From positions 29,043-93,042 of the forward strand of contig JAZLFM010000013.1 of the NCBI GenBank assembly GCA_045615765.1: a stretch of DNA of 64,000 bases, read 5' to 3'. The notes beneath the pieces are model-generated. The model did not search any database and had not been told where the DNA came from. It saw only the letters and a list, made by a program, of their open reading frames with translations. The position numbers were made by a program, and so were the translations under genes. Source of the stretch: Bacteroidales bacterium. Its GTDB lineage: Bacteria > Bacteroidota > Bacteroidia > Bacteroidales > UBA1715. This document shows positions 52,301-58,189 of this stretch, piece after piece (the stretch's first letter is position 1; every line of letters starts with the position of its first letter).

Positions 52301-53970
52301 GTTATACGGCAAGCAGTTCACTACCAAATGTCGTATCAGCAACGGTGGTTGAAGGAAAATTGTTCTTGACCGTATACGAACACGAAGGCGAAGCCGAGAT
52401 TACGGTAACGGCGACATTGCCAAACGGCGAGAAGAACAGTGTGAAGGCTACAGCTTCAGTCGTACTTGCTTGTAACATCCAGGTTACAGAGACAATAAAG
52501 AACGTATCTTGCTACGGCGAGAGCGACGGTGAAATCAGCGTGGTTGTGAAGAATGCGTTCGAACCATACACTATCCAATGGATAGGCGAGGACAACACGA
52601 GCGACACGCTTCCAGCGTTGAAGGCAGGCAACTATACGATAGACATCGTTGACGGCGAAGGTTGTACGTTCCAGAAGACATATACGGTTGTTCAACCTCA
52701 GGAGATCGTAATCAGCAAGTCGGTAATCAACCCAACCTGCGCGAATGCCGACGGTTCAATAACAATCAATGTAATGGGCGGTACGGACTTCACATATGTA
52801 TGGAACAATGATACGACAAGCCGTAGTCTGACAAATGTACCTAAGGGTGAATACAACTTGGTAGTAGTCAACAACGAGACAGGTTGTAAGGCAGAAACGT
52901 CTGTCGTATTGACGGAACCAGATGCACCGATAGTAAAGGTGGCAGATGTGATAGAAACTGCTTGTAATGCTCACAATGGAGCAGTAATTATAAGCGGTGC
53001 CGACAATCTAATCTACAAGTGGGACAACGGCCGTGCAACTAAGAACTTGTTGAATGTTCCTGCGGGAGATTATACTTTGGTTGCAACAGATGAAAACAAT
53101 TGTAAGGATACCATAAAAGTTACAATTCCAAGTATTGCGTTAAAACAACCTGAGATTGCATTAGTGACAGTAAGCCGTGAAACGGGCAAGAACTTAGTAG
53201 TTTGGTTGAAGGAAAACACGGACTTGATTGATTACTATACTGTTTATCGTCAGTCTGATGAAAAGGGACGCTATGAGGCATTGGAGACAATATCATACAA
53301 TGAGTTGAGCGTATATGAAGATTTGTATGCAGATCCAATGATTCAACCTTGGAGCTATAGATTGACAGCAACGGATGTATGTGGTCAAGAAACGGAGATG
53401 AGCGAAAGCCATAGAACACTTCACTTACAGAAGAATCTTGGAATGAACGATGTCATCAACCTTGACTGGACAGCCTACGAAGGAATTGACTACTCAACAT
53501 TTGTGATTTTGCGTGAAACAACGATAAAAGGACGAAAAGAGATAGATACTTTGGCAACGGTGTCGGCAGATGTGACTACATATACCGACATTATTCCGGC
53601 GGAAGGTACAAGTTCTTATTATGTAGGAATAAAACTACCATCGGAAGTAAATCCAAAAACTCAATTCTTGAAAGCTGAATCAGGACCATTCTCTCTTGCT
53701 TTGTCTAACATCGCAGAGGCTGAGAACGAAGAAATAGATAATCCAACAGGATTAGAAGAAGTAGAAAACGCAGTAGTTGTATATGCAATCGGCCATACAA
53801 TATTTGTAAAGAATACCGAGGGCAACGACATCACGATTTACGACAACAACGGCCGTGTGATAACAAATCGTAACGGCGAATCCGATATGGATGTATCGTT
53901 TGAAGTCCGTTTGGATGGAACATATTTTGTGAAAGTCGGCAATGAATCGTTTGCGGTAATTGTGAAATAA
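40348..53970 (+). CDS. Giant modular T9SS cargo/adhesin (4540 aa): discoidin-like domain, 5 Cys-knuckle + GLUG-repeat modules, 21 Listeria-Bacteroides (Flg_new) repeats, a divergent InlB-B-like repeat, SprB-like repeats, an Fn3-like domain and a type A sorting domain
   Basis: One uninterrupted ORF with a signal-like N-terminus (MNILNSFKRAVLTVLSLVSLQLMTFA). The motifs are detailed in the sub-features below. It has a terminator upstream and downstream and a -7 box upstream. Confidence 0.9.
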   Translation: MHKYMKMNILNSFKRAVLTVLSLVSLQLMTFATDVTFTYVDSDDSEAAKIFDGILSNYWWNGLGSSVVFESSEKVFVSGYKFLTTDDADEYAYANPSGWKLSATNALDSYGNPTDWILIDEKSDDYTIAGEISQWYEFSIVKTTELYKYFKLEITDNQATDLDEDPECPECSVSFQIAEFTLLYETCTNHTYENDICTICGVLNPNHICTAFTDHFCNICGLVDPTILPHSADGYYEISTLEQLQLWGTAIVSVDSLSKARLMADIVLNEHVLAADGKSLQSAPSTYTQWVPIGNFSGVFDGNGHVISGLYIDNDEYQNVGFFGSIENAVIKNLGIVDSYVKGTHYDSNTDKYDANVGAICGYAFASSDSDYVYFTNCYNTGYVYGNKAGGICGFVCYLMSYGYQKSFFYHCYNTGNIEATNYCGGIIGNTDNGSNTISYCYNTGVLSSNFTACGIVATLYGSATNCYNIGNITAKSYTAGISYGGNVSNCFNTGTISFEWGDDYCDPICGSSYYNYASGSNNYYLENCINVTDSHVATSMTAEQFASGEVCFKLNSEKLIYYQTKPSDLHPVLDSTHKTVMLGTHGAYINPCTSHTYENDIMVCTICDTITLAKNATGEFEISSVQDLLTFAYYVNEDEGHEGAKAILTADIDLKDITIVPMGTEANPFVGSFNGVGHHISNMVIDNPTKEAQGLFGYVGDACTISNVILDNTCSIKAKSKSAALVGVVAGSGDVTILGCSSYATITGENYMAGLVGYNSSLTASVTIENCLNAGDVTISAAEGYAGAIAASLGENASVENCLNVGTVTGANTALARINTGTITNCYQINTETTQVNVTAVSAEELASGLICYNLNEQTTSNPIWYQTLESDNFPVLDALHSEIHLSGEKNCDGSIKSAMVYTNESEDLVAQDEHQFVAGVCSVCNACDMDFVEKDGEYFLIGNADQLYWFSKYVENGNTAAKAKLTADIIVNDNLDASTAKVWRPIGSESNAFAGEFDGDGHTISGLYFDDATTNNIGLIGYANGATIENVGVVNSSLNGYKNIGAICGFAIGTTISNCFNKAIVSGVDAVGGVLGCANTNTVKVKYSYNEGTVTGSRNYAGGVVGYCRLAAVTIENCYNVGTVTGNAYVAGISGYKGSISKSFNYTAIVGNNYVGNIVGEFDGTLSDNYYLETLDIDVNAEAKSTEFFANGELAYVLNGSATETPVWYQTIGTDNYPVLDNSHSVIHTYLEKNCSGVAKGAVQYVNTDEDQIVQDEHIFVDGMCSVCGSARDGFMTPNEDGVFEIANAGELRWFASYVNAGNGNARAKLVADIVLNENVLNEDYTLNGTGKDFIQWTPIGNYSVPFSGSIDGQNHTISGLYFNGPGEYIGLVGYMEGNAGGVAINNLGIINSYIAVEGKGQYVGGFIGSSYCNAAIESCYFNGAISSNNASVGGIIGETSTMDITNCYTEGRIYAKAGNVGGIVGEYSQKTVSNCHNSAMVSSSGDYVGGIVGRAVVDFVYSHRNVATIKDSYNEGEILGTSYVGGICGDHSNYNISERDIRSVYLSNCYNAGKISGSSYVGGIAGKNNLGLTNVQNLATVNGTEEYVGGIVGYGNFVSTAINTGVVTCNGKTTRVGAIAGSISESGGVLSAIYDKDVTSYKGINNDASWEDFVPLSPKSMQAFGLTTEQLCKGQLEGNSETRGWTQNDFFDNYSHIIDVNDNVVDSTLNKRAWSRGNFDVAASNIVTTDNEFGVSQKGLYPYLSSFSYRPAATIKFYNFGDEEDTNWKTYRPIVQVSELYAITTSESDLSANYVLMCDIADYENLDADGKLLDTPVNTWPGIGYCIRSGGLPAEDGDYYEPFRGYFAGRGHTISGLSLISNAGQATNGLINTAENATITGVTIKNSNLANEYLLSSGMICGFAKNTTILDCKSYCNLEGDNYDRVGGICGILENGIVKDCYNYGSISSSGYYIGGIVGSSSGTIMHCGNYGDISSSYNVGGIVGVGGSINYCYNKGTITAHHVATTGSRQGNCAGGIAGIYGTIANCFNVGTIKADENAGGLVGGYATSITSSYNIGSVSGTDAKTAGLGSLVGASSGNTKLSYNYNDTLKCNIGAVDGIDTPGSGEGIATIDFCGTLPKGFSPSIWAIRPAEMEGLKNKNYYPYLRYWGPDSAMVAVVVETYQITLEFNGGIAKGTVPTSYASGIGVDLPVEVTQDGYAFAGWYSNSNFTSDVYTKVDQSAIGNKIFYARWIADVYDVAFNANGGRVNSGNVASYTFGNNVILPLDVTRTGYTFAGWYDTEDCSGDRILQISAKEFGNKEYWAKWNVVDYAITYNVNGGAINDTDYTSAYKYAFAEVSLPSNVTRTGYTFAGWYDNSNLNGEPVTSIAMTEYGDKEYWAKWDVNTYKVTLDVNDGNINSGNLVMYVYDVLSILPADVTKVGYTFGGWYADEDCSGDQILQISKGEYGDKQFYAKWTANTYKVTLVVNDGTINKGSISDYTYGEGATLPTDVTRTGYEFEGWYTTSYFDNSNVLTIGTNDFGDKTYWAKWSVASYNVDLVTNGGTINDGTIDSYTFGVGAILPTNVTKIGYEFTGWYANAECTGTPVKDITTADIDDLSFYAGWKKAVYTISFDNNGGAIKDESYATTYSYDLEKSISLPATVEKAGCTFAGWYDNVNLTGESLTSVAAGEYGDKTYYAQWTPNTYTVTLNANDGIVNNGDITSYVYGVVVSLPTDVTKDGYTFMGWYDNADLTGSTVSIIPSTSIGNQTFYASWSTNAYSVTLNTNDGVVKTNGITGYVYGTGATLPGMNDIEKTGYTFAGWYNNSSYVGTAVTEISTTETGSKSYWAKWLVNSYSIALTVNGGTINSGNVTNYVYGNGVSLPSDVTKVGNTFGGWYTKEDLSGEAVTRIDESAIGDMTFFAKWTENEYSIVYETTAGVIADAAYVQAYTYGIGATLPQSVEKSGYTFAGWYTNSAYEGSAVSTISKTEYGNKTFYAKWSVNTYAVELNPNEGTINSGNLVEYTFGVGAPLPTNVTKTGYKFEGWYDNAELTGDAVAAIANNVSGKQSFFAKWSANTYAVKMNANGGTINAGDVTAYTFGVQETLPTDVTRTGYTFAGWFNNSNLTGEKQTEISSTISGDLSFFAKWTVNNYAVALNANEGTINSGNITSYVYGNGATLPSDVTRLGYTFSGWYNVLDSTKQVVRIDETVTGDQKFFAKWSANTYAVKMNANGGTINVGDVTAYTFGVQKTLPTDVTRTGYTFAGWFNNSNLTGEKQTEISSTISGDLSFFAKWNVNSYAVTLNANGGTVNSGNVVAYTYSNGATLPIDVTKRGCKFVGWYDNAKFTGDAVLTIGLDESGDKTYYAKWNTNSYAVTLIVNEGSINAGNVTSYTYGESVVLPSDITRDGYTFNGWYANSSLSGDEISEIAADEIGDKTYYAKWTANTYKISLYAADGTINSTVPTEYTYGTLTILPTNVTREGYTFDGWYKTEMMQLHVAKVTNVNMSNVVTVVSRHLGNISASALVYNDLDSVVTLSVPHYKMLGLLEDLNYEGFDVSASMLGPSVIVSGYDVNLVSFGENPTKVIRLVKSYFGKTISGDEQLPLGIAENIPFETSEKFGSEIASVGGMVEIKATTTSGKHPVVAIYTTDKGDKLLEAHWNVNSYKVTLEVNGGTNTKIISDYTYGEGVSLPTSEEITRVGHTFVGWFTTSNFDGEAVTEISKADFGNKTFYAKWNVNNYAVTLNANDGTINSGNVTSYVYGNGANLPSDVTKTGYKFDGWYNVTDSTKQVVRIDESSTGDQAFFAKWTANSYNVILVVNEGTINEGNVESYVYGEGATLPSDVTKEGYSFDGWFANTSYTGGSVTSIAKNDVGDKQFWAKWTINEYEVTAIAENGSITGAGAYEYKSTATLKATANEGYEFVAWSVDSADVEMFRGTSLVDEKISFVVTKAISLVANFKEKEKVLVVGELSIPTMKTEREAAPIDLSGLFTTTEDGEVSYTASSSLPNVVSATVVEGKLFLTVYEHEGEAEITVTATLPNGEKNSVKATASVVLACNIQVTETIKNVSCYGESDGEISVVVKNAFEPYTIQWIGEDNTSDTLPALKAGNYTIDIVDGEGCTFQKTYTVVQPQEIVISKSVINPTCANADGSITINVMGGTDFTYVWNNDTTSRSLTNVPKGEYNLVVVNNETGCKAETSVVLTEPDAPIVKVADVIETACNAHNGAVIISGADNLIYKWDNGRATKNLLNVPAGDYTLVATDENNCKDTIKVTIPSIALKQPEIALVTVSRETGKNLVVWLKENTDLIDYYTVYRQSDEKGRYEALETISYNELSVYEDLYADPMIQPWSYRLTATDVCGQETEMSESHRTLHLQKNLGMNDVINLDWTAYEGIDYSTFVILRETTIKGRKEIDTLATVSADVTTYTDIIPAEGTSSYYVGIKLPSEVNPKTQFLKAESGPFSLALSNIAEAENEEIDNPTGLEEVENAVVVYAIGHTIFVKNTEGNDITIYDNNGRVITNRNGESDMDVSFEVRLDGTYFVKVGNESFAVIVK
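40444..40905 (+). other. N-terminal discoidin/galactose-binding-like domain
   Basis: AAKIFDGILSNYWW...VSGYKFLTTDDADEYAYANPSGWKLSATN...WILIDE...WYEFSI...YFKLEI resembles F5/8 type C domains (NP..W.L.gSND...W..l). Assigned by eye only. Confidence 0.45.
40906..46845 (+). repeat. Five tandem modules, each a Cys knuckle plus a targeting-like segment plus GLUG-motif beta-helix repeats
   Basis: Each module opens with a Cys motif: CTNHTYENDICTICG, CTSHTYENDIMVCTICD, DEHQFVAGVCSVCNAC, DEHIFVDGMCSVCGS. Next comes FEI.NA.QL.WFA.YVN.GN...AKL.ADI.LN...W.PIG....F.G.FDG.GH.ISGLY. Then many GLUG-like units follow (GGICGF, GGIIGNT, AGGVVGY, VGGIVGEY, VGGICGDH, VGGIAGKN). Each module closes with ELASG..CY.LN....WYQT...D..PVLD..H. 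Confidence 0.65.
49513..49744 (+). repeat. Copy 1 of the recently duplicated repeat unit (unit 13)
   Basis: 232 bp with 8 mismatches against 49954..50185 (hand alignment). The offset of 441 bp equals two repeat units. Confidence 0.85.
49954..50185 (+). repeat. Copy 2 of the recently duplicated repeat unit (unit 15)
   Basis: See copy 1. The protein segments are SANTYAVKMNANGGTIN(A/V)GDVTAYTFGVQ(E/K)TLPTDVTRTGYTFAGWFNNSNLTGEKQTEISSTISGDLSFFAKW. Confidence 0.85.
50779..51216 (+). other. ~146-aa insertion inside repeat unit 18; two tandem bL12 (L7/L12) C-terminal-domain-like modules (hypothesis)
   Basis: It sits between the conserved GWY (50761-50769) and the closing ...GKHPVVAIYTTDKGDKLLEAHW of unit 18 and is absent from the other 20 units. 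See the findings for the by-eye alignment. Confidence 0.45.
51949..52178 (+). repeat. Divergent InlB-B-repeat-like unit
   Basis: YEVTAIAENGSITGAGAYEYKSTATLKATANEGYEFVAWSVD...ISFVVTKAISLVANF fits the divergent form of the repeat (G.V.G.G.Y..G....L.A.A..GY.F..W). Confidence 0.55.
52465..53150 (+). repeat. Three SprB-like repeats
   Basis: CNIQVTETIKNVSCYGESDGEISVVVKNAFEPYTIQWIG; CANADGSITINVMGGTDFTYVWNND; CNAHNGAVIISGADNLIYKWDNG. Each is followed by G.Y...V.D..GC. Confidence 0.7.
53761..53967 (+). other. T9SS type A C-terminal sorting domain
   Basis: VENAVVVYAIGHTIFVKNTEGNDITIYDNNGRVITNRNGESDMDVSFEVRLDGTYFVKVGNESFAVIVK fits the Por_Secre_tail pattern (..I.IyD..Gr.v........g.Y.vkv......K.vvK). 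Confidence 0.8.
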
Positions 53971-53976
53971 TATTAT

Positions 53977-54016
53977 ATGGGCAGGTATCGTACGGGCAGG
54001 TTTACAACCTGCCCAT
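53977..54016. other. Hairpin with two alternative 5' arms
   Basis: ACCTGCCCAT (54007-54016) can pair with ATGGGCAGGT (53977-53986). Alternatively, its core ACCTGCCC can pair with the second GGGCAGGT copy (53994-54001). Confidence 0.6.
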
Positions 54017-54056
54017 AAAAAAATCCCGATGAGAATTTCTCATCGGGATTTTTTAT
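54017..54056. terminator. Bidirectional rho-independent terminator between convergent genes
   Basis: Palindrome ATCCCGATGAGAA/TTCTCATCGGGAT (54023-54035/54037-54049) flanked by A7 on the left and T6 on the right. It abuts the stop codon (54056-54058) of the minus-strand gene. Confidence 0.85.
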
Positions 54057-54988
54057 TATCGATTATCAATTGTCGTTAATTTTACTTTTCTTTTTGTTGC
54101 TTTGAGTTCGTATGTTTCTCCAAAAATAAGAGCTTGATTTTTTTCTTCGTGGCCAGAGGGGAAATCAAAGACAACGGGAATGGTATAATCTTTTGTGGCG
54201 GAAAGAATAATATCTTCTATGCTACCGTCAAAGGTGTCGGTTCCATTTCTCATACCGCTCATAGTACCGACAATAAGGCCGGAAATTTTTGATAATACTC
54301 CGGAGTGAAGCAGATTCTGCATCATTCTGTCAATATGATAATAGTATTCGTTCAAATCTTCAATAAAAAGAATCTTACCAGTGTAATCATATTCAAAAGG
54401 AACCCCACGGAGACTATAAATCATAGATAGATTTCCACCGATTAGTTCACCTTTACAAGAACCTTGTTTATTGAATTGATTTGACTGTATTTGTATGGCG
54501 TTTGATTTTCCAAATAAGCAATCGTGCAAAGACTGTATGGATTCTGGGGTTACATTCGGAAAACTTTTTGCCATAGCACCATGTAGCGATTGTATCCCTA
54601 AAGAGTGTAGTTTTTCGTGGAATACTGTAATATCACTAAAGCCAACGAACCATTTAGGTTGTTTTTGTAGAGCTGTATAATCTATAGAATCCACAACCCT
54701 AATAGCACCGTATCCGCCTCGAGCGCAAATAATAGCTTTTACTTTTTTGTCGTTAATAGCTTTTTGAATGTCACTGGCACGGTCTTCGTCTTTCCCGGCA
54801 AAAACACCGCAGGAATCGTACACATGTTTCCCGAGTTTTACTTGCAGTCCCCATGATTGTAATGTGTTTATTGCAAAATCAAGAGAACCTTTGGAAACTG
54901 GTCCCGAAGGGGAAACAATAGCGACAATGTCGCCTTTCTGTAAAAAATCGGGCTTTCGCATCATATTCATTGAATATAATTGTAACAA
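54056..54988 (-). CDS. LD-carboxypeptidase (peptidase S66 family, muramoyltetrapeptide carboxypeptidase-like)
   Basis: 310 aa with [14 protein letters not shown] at the N-terminus, the nucleophile motif GFSDITVFH and a C-terminal FPSGHEEKN (His). This is the typical LdcA-family layout. Internal ATG starts (MNMMRKP) are possible. Confidence 0.8.
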   Translation of the reverse strand: MLQLYSMNMMRKPDFLQKGDIVAIVSPSGPVSKGSLDFAINTLQSWGLQVKLGKHVYDSCGVFAGKDEDRASDIQKAINDKKVKAIICARGGYGAIRVVDSIDYTALQKQPKWFVGFSDITVFHEKLHSLGIQSLHGAMAKSFPNVTPESIQSLHDCLFGKSNAIQIQSNQFNKQGSCKGELIGGNLSMIYSLRGVPFEYDYTGKILFIEDLNEYYYHIDRMMQNLLHSGVLSKISGLIVGTMSGMRNGTDTFDGSIEDIILSATKDYTIPVVFDFPSGHEEKNQALIFGETYELKATKRKVKLTTIDNR

Positions 54989-54994
54989 AAAATA

Positions 54995-55002
54995 TATCTT
55001 TG
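54995..55002 (+). promoter_or_regulatory. Bacteroidetes -7 promoter element TATCTTTG for metG
   Basis: Exact TAnnTTTG match 27 nt upstream of ATG 55029. Confidence 0.5.
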
Positions 55003-55028
55003 CGAAAATACTAAAAAATCGTATTACA

Positions 55029-57071
55029 ATGACAGATTATAAGCGTTACCTCATTACAGCAGCCCTTCCATATGCGAATGGACCTGTACATATTGGACAT
55101 CTTGCAGGTGTTTATGTTCCAGCCGATATATATGTTCGTTATTTACGAATGAACAAAAAAGATGTGCTATTTGTGTGTGGTAGCGATGAGCATGGTGTTC
55201 CTATTACGATTAAAGCTCGTAAAGAACAATGCTCTCCTCAAGATATAGTGGACCGTTATAATGGTATTATAAAGAAATCATTTGAGGATTTTGGAATTAG
55301 TTTTTCTAATTATTCTCGTACTTCAAATAAGTTACATAGCAAAGTTTCTTCAGAATTCTTTAAGACTTTGTATGATAAAGGTGAATTTGTAGAACAAACA
55401 AGTGAACAATATTACGATGAAGAAGCACAGACATTCTTGGCAGACCGTTATATTGTAGGAACTTGTCCAAAATGTGGCGCAGAAGGTGCGTATGGTGATC
55501 AATGTGAAAAATGTGGTAGTTCGCTATCACCTGATGAATTGATTAACCCTGTTAGTAAACTTTCTGGTGCAAAACCTGTAAAGAAACCAACAAAACACTG
55601 GTATTTGCCATTAGATAGATATGAAAATTTTCTAAAAAAATGGATTTTAGAAGACCATAAAGAATGGAAATCAAATGTTTATGGTCAATGTAAATCGTGG
55701 TTGGATGGAGGATTACATCCTCGTGCAGTAAGCCGAGATTTAGATTGGGGTGTACCTGTGCCTGTTGAAGGTGCCGAAGGAAAAGTGTTATATGTTTGGT
55801 TTGATGCACCAATTGGCTATATTACATCTACACAAGAATGTTCTGCTGATTGGGAAAAATATTGGAAGTCGGAAGACACGAAATTAGTTCACTTTATAGG
55901 TAAAGATAATATTGTATTCCATTGCATTGTCTTCCCAGTGATGTTGCAAGCTCATGGAGGTTATATTTTGCCAGACAATGTTCCAGCTAACGAATTTTTG
56001 AATTTGGAAGGAGATAAAATCTCGACATCAAAGAATTGGGCTGTATGGTTGAATGAATATTTGGAAGACTTCAAAGATCAACAAGATACGCTACGATATG
56101 TTTTGACAGCGAATGCTCCTGAAACAAAAGATAATGATTTTACATGGAAAGATTTCCAAGCAAGAAACAATAATGAACTAGTTGCTATTTTAGGGAACTT
56201 TGTAAATCGTGTGGTAGTTCTTACAAACAAATATTTTGGAGGAAATGTTCCTGCAAAAGGTTCTTTGACAGATGTCGATAGCCAAGTTCTTGCTGCGATA
56301 GCAGAAGCAAAAGAAAACATATCAAAAAATATTGAAAACTATCGTTTCCGTGATGCATTAAAAGATGCTATGCAGTTAGCACGAGTTGGAAATAAATATC
56401 TAACAGAAACTGAGCCTTGGAAGTTAATTAAAACAGACGAAGCAAGAGTTGCGACTATATTGAATGTTTGTTTGCAAATAACAGCTAACTGTGGTATTTT
56501 ATTTGAGCCATTCTTGCCTTTTACTGCAAAGAAAATTCAAACTATGGTGCAAATTGAAAATGCAACATGGGATAATGCCGGTGATGTTGACATTTTGAAA
56601 GAAGGACAAAAAATTGGTGAAGTTGCATTGTTGTTCCGTAAAATTGAAGATGCGGAAGTTGAAGCTCAAGTAGAAAAATTAAAAGCTGCTAAAGCTGCTC
56701 GTGAAGCAGAAGAAGCAATGAATGCGCCAGTTGCTTCACAAAAAGATTTGATTTCATACGATGATTTTGCAAAATTGGATATTCGTATGGGAACAATTTT
56801 AGAGGCGGAACGAGTTCCAAAAACAGATAAGTTGATGAAGTTGTTAATTGATACAGGCATTGACAAACGTACGATTGTTTCTGGAATTGCTGAACACTTT
56901 ACACCAGAACAATGTATTGGCCGTCAAGTTAGTGTGCTTGTAAACCTTCAGCCTCGTAAAATGAAAGGGATTGAGTCGCAGGGAATGATACTTATGGCAG
57001 AAAATGCAGATGGTTCATTACATTTTGTTTCAACAGAATCATCTGTGAAAAATGGTAGCGCTATTAGTTAA
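55029..57071 (+). CDS. metG: Methionine--tRNA ligase with a C-terminal tRNA-binding (Trbp111/EMAP-like) domain
   Basis: The track ORF 54768..57071 has an 87-aa extension antisense to the neighbouring gene. The true start is ATG 55029 ([29 protein letters not shown] motif). A zinc knuckle is present ([18 protein letters not shown]), along with a KMSKS variant (KISTSKN) and a C-terminal [27 protein letters not shown]. Confidence 0.9.
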   Translation: MTDYKRYLITAALPYANGPVHIGHLAGVYVPADIYVRYLRMNKKDVLFVCGSDEHGVPITIKARKEQCSPQDIVDRYNGIIKKSFEDFGISFSNYSRTSNKLHSKVSSEFFKTLYDKGEFVEQTSEQYYDEEAQTFLADRYIVGTCPKCGAEGAYGDQCEKCGSSLSPDELINPVSKLSGAKPVKKPTKHWYLPLDRYENFLKKWILEDHKEWKSNVYGQCKSWLDGGLHPRAVSRDLDWGVPVPVEGAEGKVLYVWFDAPIGYITSTQECSADWEKYWKSEDTKLVHFIGKDNIVFHCIVFPVMLQAHGGYILPDNVPANEFLNLEGDKISTSKNWAVWLNEYLEDFKDQQDTLRYVLTANAPETKDNDFTWKDFQARNNNELVAILGNFVNRVVVLTNKYFGGNVPAKGSLTDVDSQVLAAIAEAKENISKNIENYRFRDALKDAMQLARVGNKYLTETEPWKLIKTDEARVATILNVCLQITANCGILFEPFLPFTAKKIQTMVQIENATWDNAGDVDILKEGQKIGEVALLFRKIEDAEVEAQVEKLKAAKAAREAEEAMNAPVASQKDLISYDDFAKLDIRMGTILEAERVPKTDKLMKLLIDTGIDKRTIVSGIAEHFTPEQCIGRQVSVLVNLQPRKMKGIESQGMILMAENADGSLHFVSTESSVKNGSAIS

Positions 57072-57108
57072 TTTTTTGTTAAAAAGTTGTAGTTTGTTAT
57101 AAAAAATA

Positions 57109-57116
57109 TATTTTTG
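57109..57116 (+). promoter_or_regulatory. Bacteroidetes -7 promoter element TATTTTTG
   Basis: Exact TAnnTTTG match 24 nt upstream of the TTG start at 57140. Confidence 0.45.
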
Positions 57117-57139
57117 TAAAAATATAAAAGACAAAACAC

Positions 57140-58186
57140 TTGAAAAGGCTAATCTACATAGGGGTATTCTTATTGCTAGGGTGTATGGGGGGTCATGCAC
57201 AAGATTCCCATTTTTCTCAGTTTGATGCTGCTCCGTTGTATTATAATCCAGCGTTGGCCGGTGTTAATGAGTGCCGTAATAGAATTTATACAAACTATAA
57301 AGGACAGTGGAATACATATAACACGTTCTTAGTTTCGTATGACCAACATTTGGAAAAAATACAATTGTTTGGTGGCACTATCGGGGTTGGAGGATTAATA
57401 GTTGCTGATTATGCCGGTGAAAATTCCTATGGCAACACACAGATTAAATTGATGCCTGCATATCATTATAGTGTTATTCCAGGTGTATTACGACTTTCTG
57501 CTGGTTTAGATGCAATCTTCGATTTAATGAGTATTTCGGAGGATAGAGTGATTGTAGGAAATGGTATAGATCCAGTTACTGGTGAAAAGACACCAGGTTA
57601 TGATATGGAACATACCAAAAGATTCTACTCTGATATGGGTTTAGGTATTAATGCACAATACAATATAACCCCAATGTTTCCTATTAATATGGGTATAACA
57701 TTCTTTCATTTGTTTGGATCTGGAGGTGGAGGTTTAGCAGTACCAAGTAATGATGCCACAAATAACTATCGTAGATTCTCGTTGAATGCAAATGCCGTGT
57801 GTCCTTTGAATCCTCGATTAACATTGTTGCCAAGTTTCATTTATACAAATCAAAAAATGTATAATGAAATGAATTTTGGTACTTATCTAAAATGCGCTAT
57901 TGGTGATTATACTTCGTTTATCGATGCTGTATATGTAGGTTCTTGGTATCGTGTGAAAGATGCTTTGATATTGGGACTTGCATTCGATAAACCGATTACA
58001 AAGAATTGGACATTGCAATTTGGATTAAGCTATGACGTAACAGTTTCGTCATATAGAAAATCAGACAAGTGGACTAGTGGTAAAAATGTGAAAGGAGATA
58101 GTTTTGAATTGTCAGTGAAATTATTGAATTGTCTTCGTCCAATTGTTGTTAATCCAGAAGGTATTGTAAATGACCCATTTAGATAA
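57140..58186 (+). CDS. PorP/SprF-family T9SS outer-membrane protein
   Basis: The TTG start is the only start that preserves the signal peptide (KRLIYIGVFLLLGCMGGHAQ). The family signature is QDSHFSQFDAAPLYYNPALAG. 348 aa, beta-barrel-like. Confidence 0.85.
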   Translation: MKRLIYIGVFLLLGCMGGHAQDSHFSQFDAAPLYYNPALAGVNECRNRIYTNYKGQWNTYNTFLVSYDQHLEKIQLFGGTIGVGGLIVADYAGENSYGNTQIKLMPAYHYSVIPGVLRLSAGLDAIFDLMSISEDRVIVGNGIDPVTGEKTPGYDMEHTKRFYSDMGLGINAQYNITPMFPINMGITFFHLFGSGGGGLAVPSNDATNNYRRFSLNANAVCPLNPRLTLLPSFIYTNQKMYNEMNFGTYLKCAIGDYTSFIDAVYVGSWYRVKDALILGLAFDKPITKNWTLQFGLSYDVTVSSYRKSDKWTSGKNVKGDSFELSVKLLNCLRPIVVNPEGIVNDPFR

Positions 58187-58189
58187 TAT

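Noticed and set aside
2600-53970. Numerous 60-116-aa antisense or out-of-frame ORFs inside the three giant genes (for example 5983..6333, 25583..25897, 48868..49179, 53120..53419)
   Set aside because: All are fully embedded in much longer, motif-rich ORFs on the opposite strand or in another frame. Their compositions are typical of shadow ORFs.
54768-55028. 87-codon N-terminal extension of the metG ORF in the track
   Set aside because: It runs antisense through the start of the LD-carboxypeptidase gene and has no homology-like sequence. A -7 box at 54995 followed by ATG 55029 gives the canonical MetRS N-terminus.
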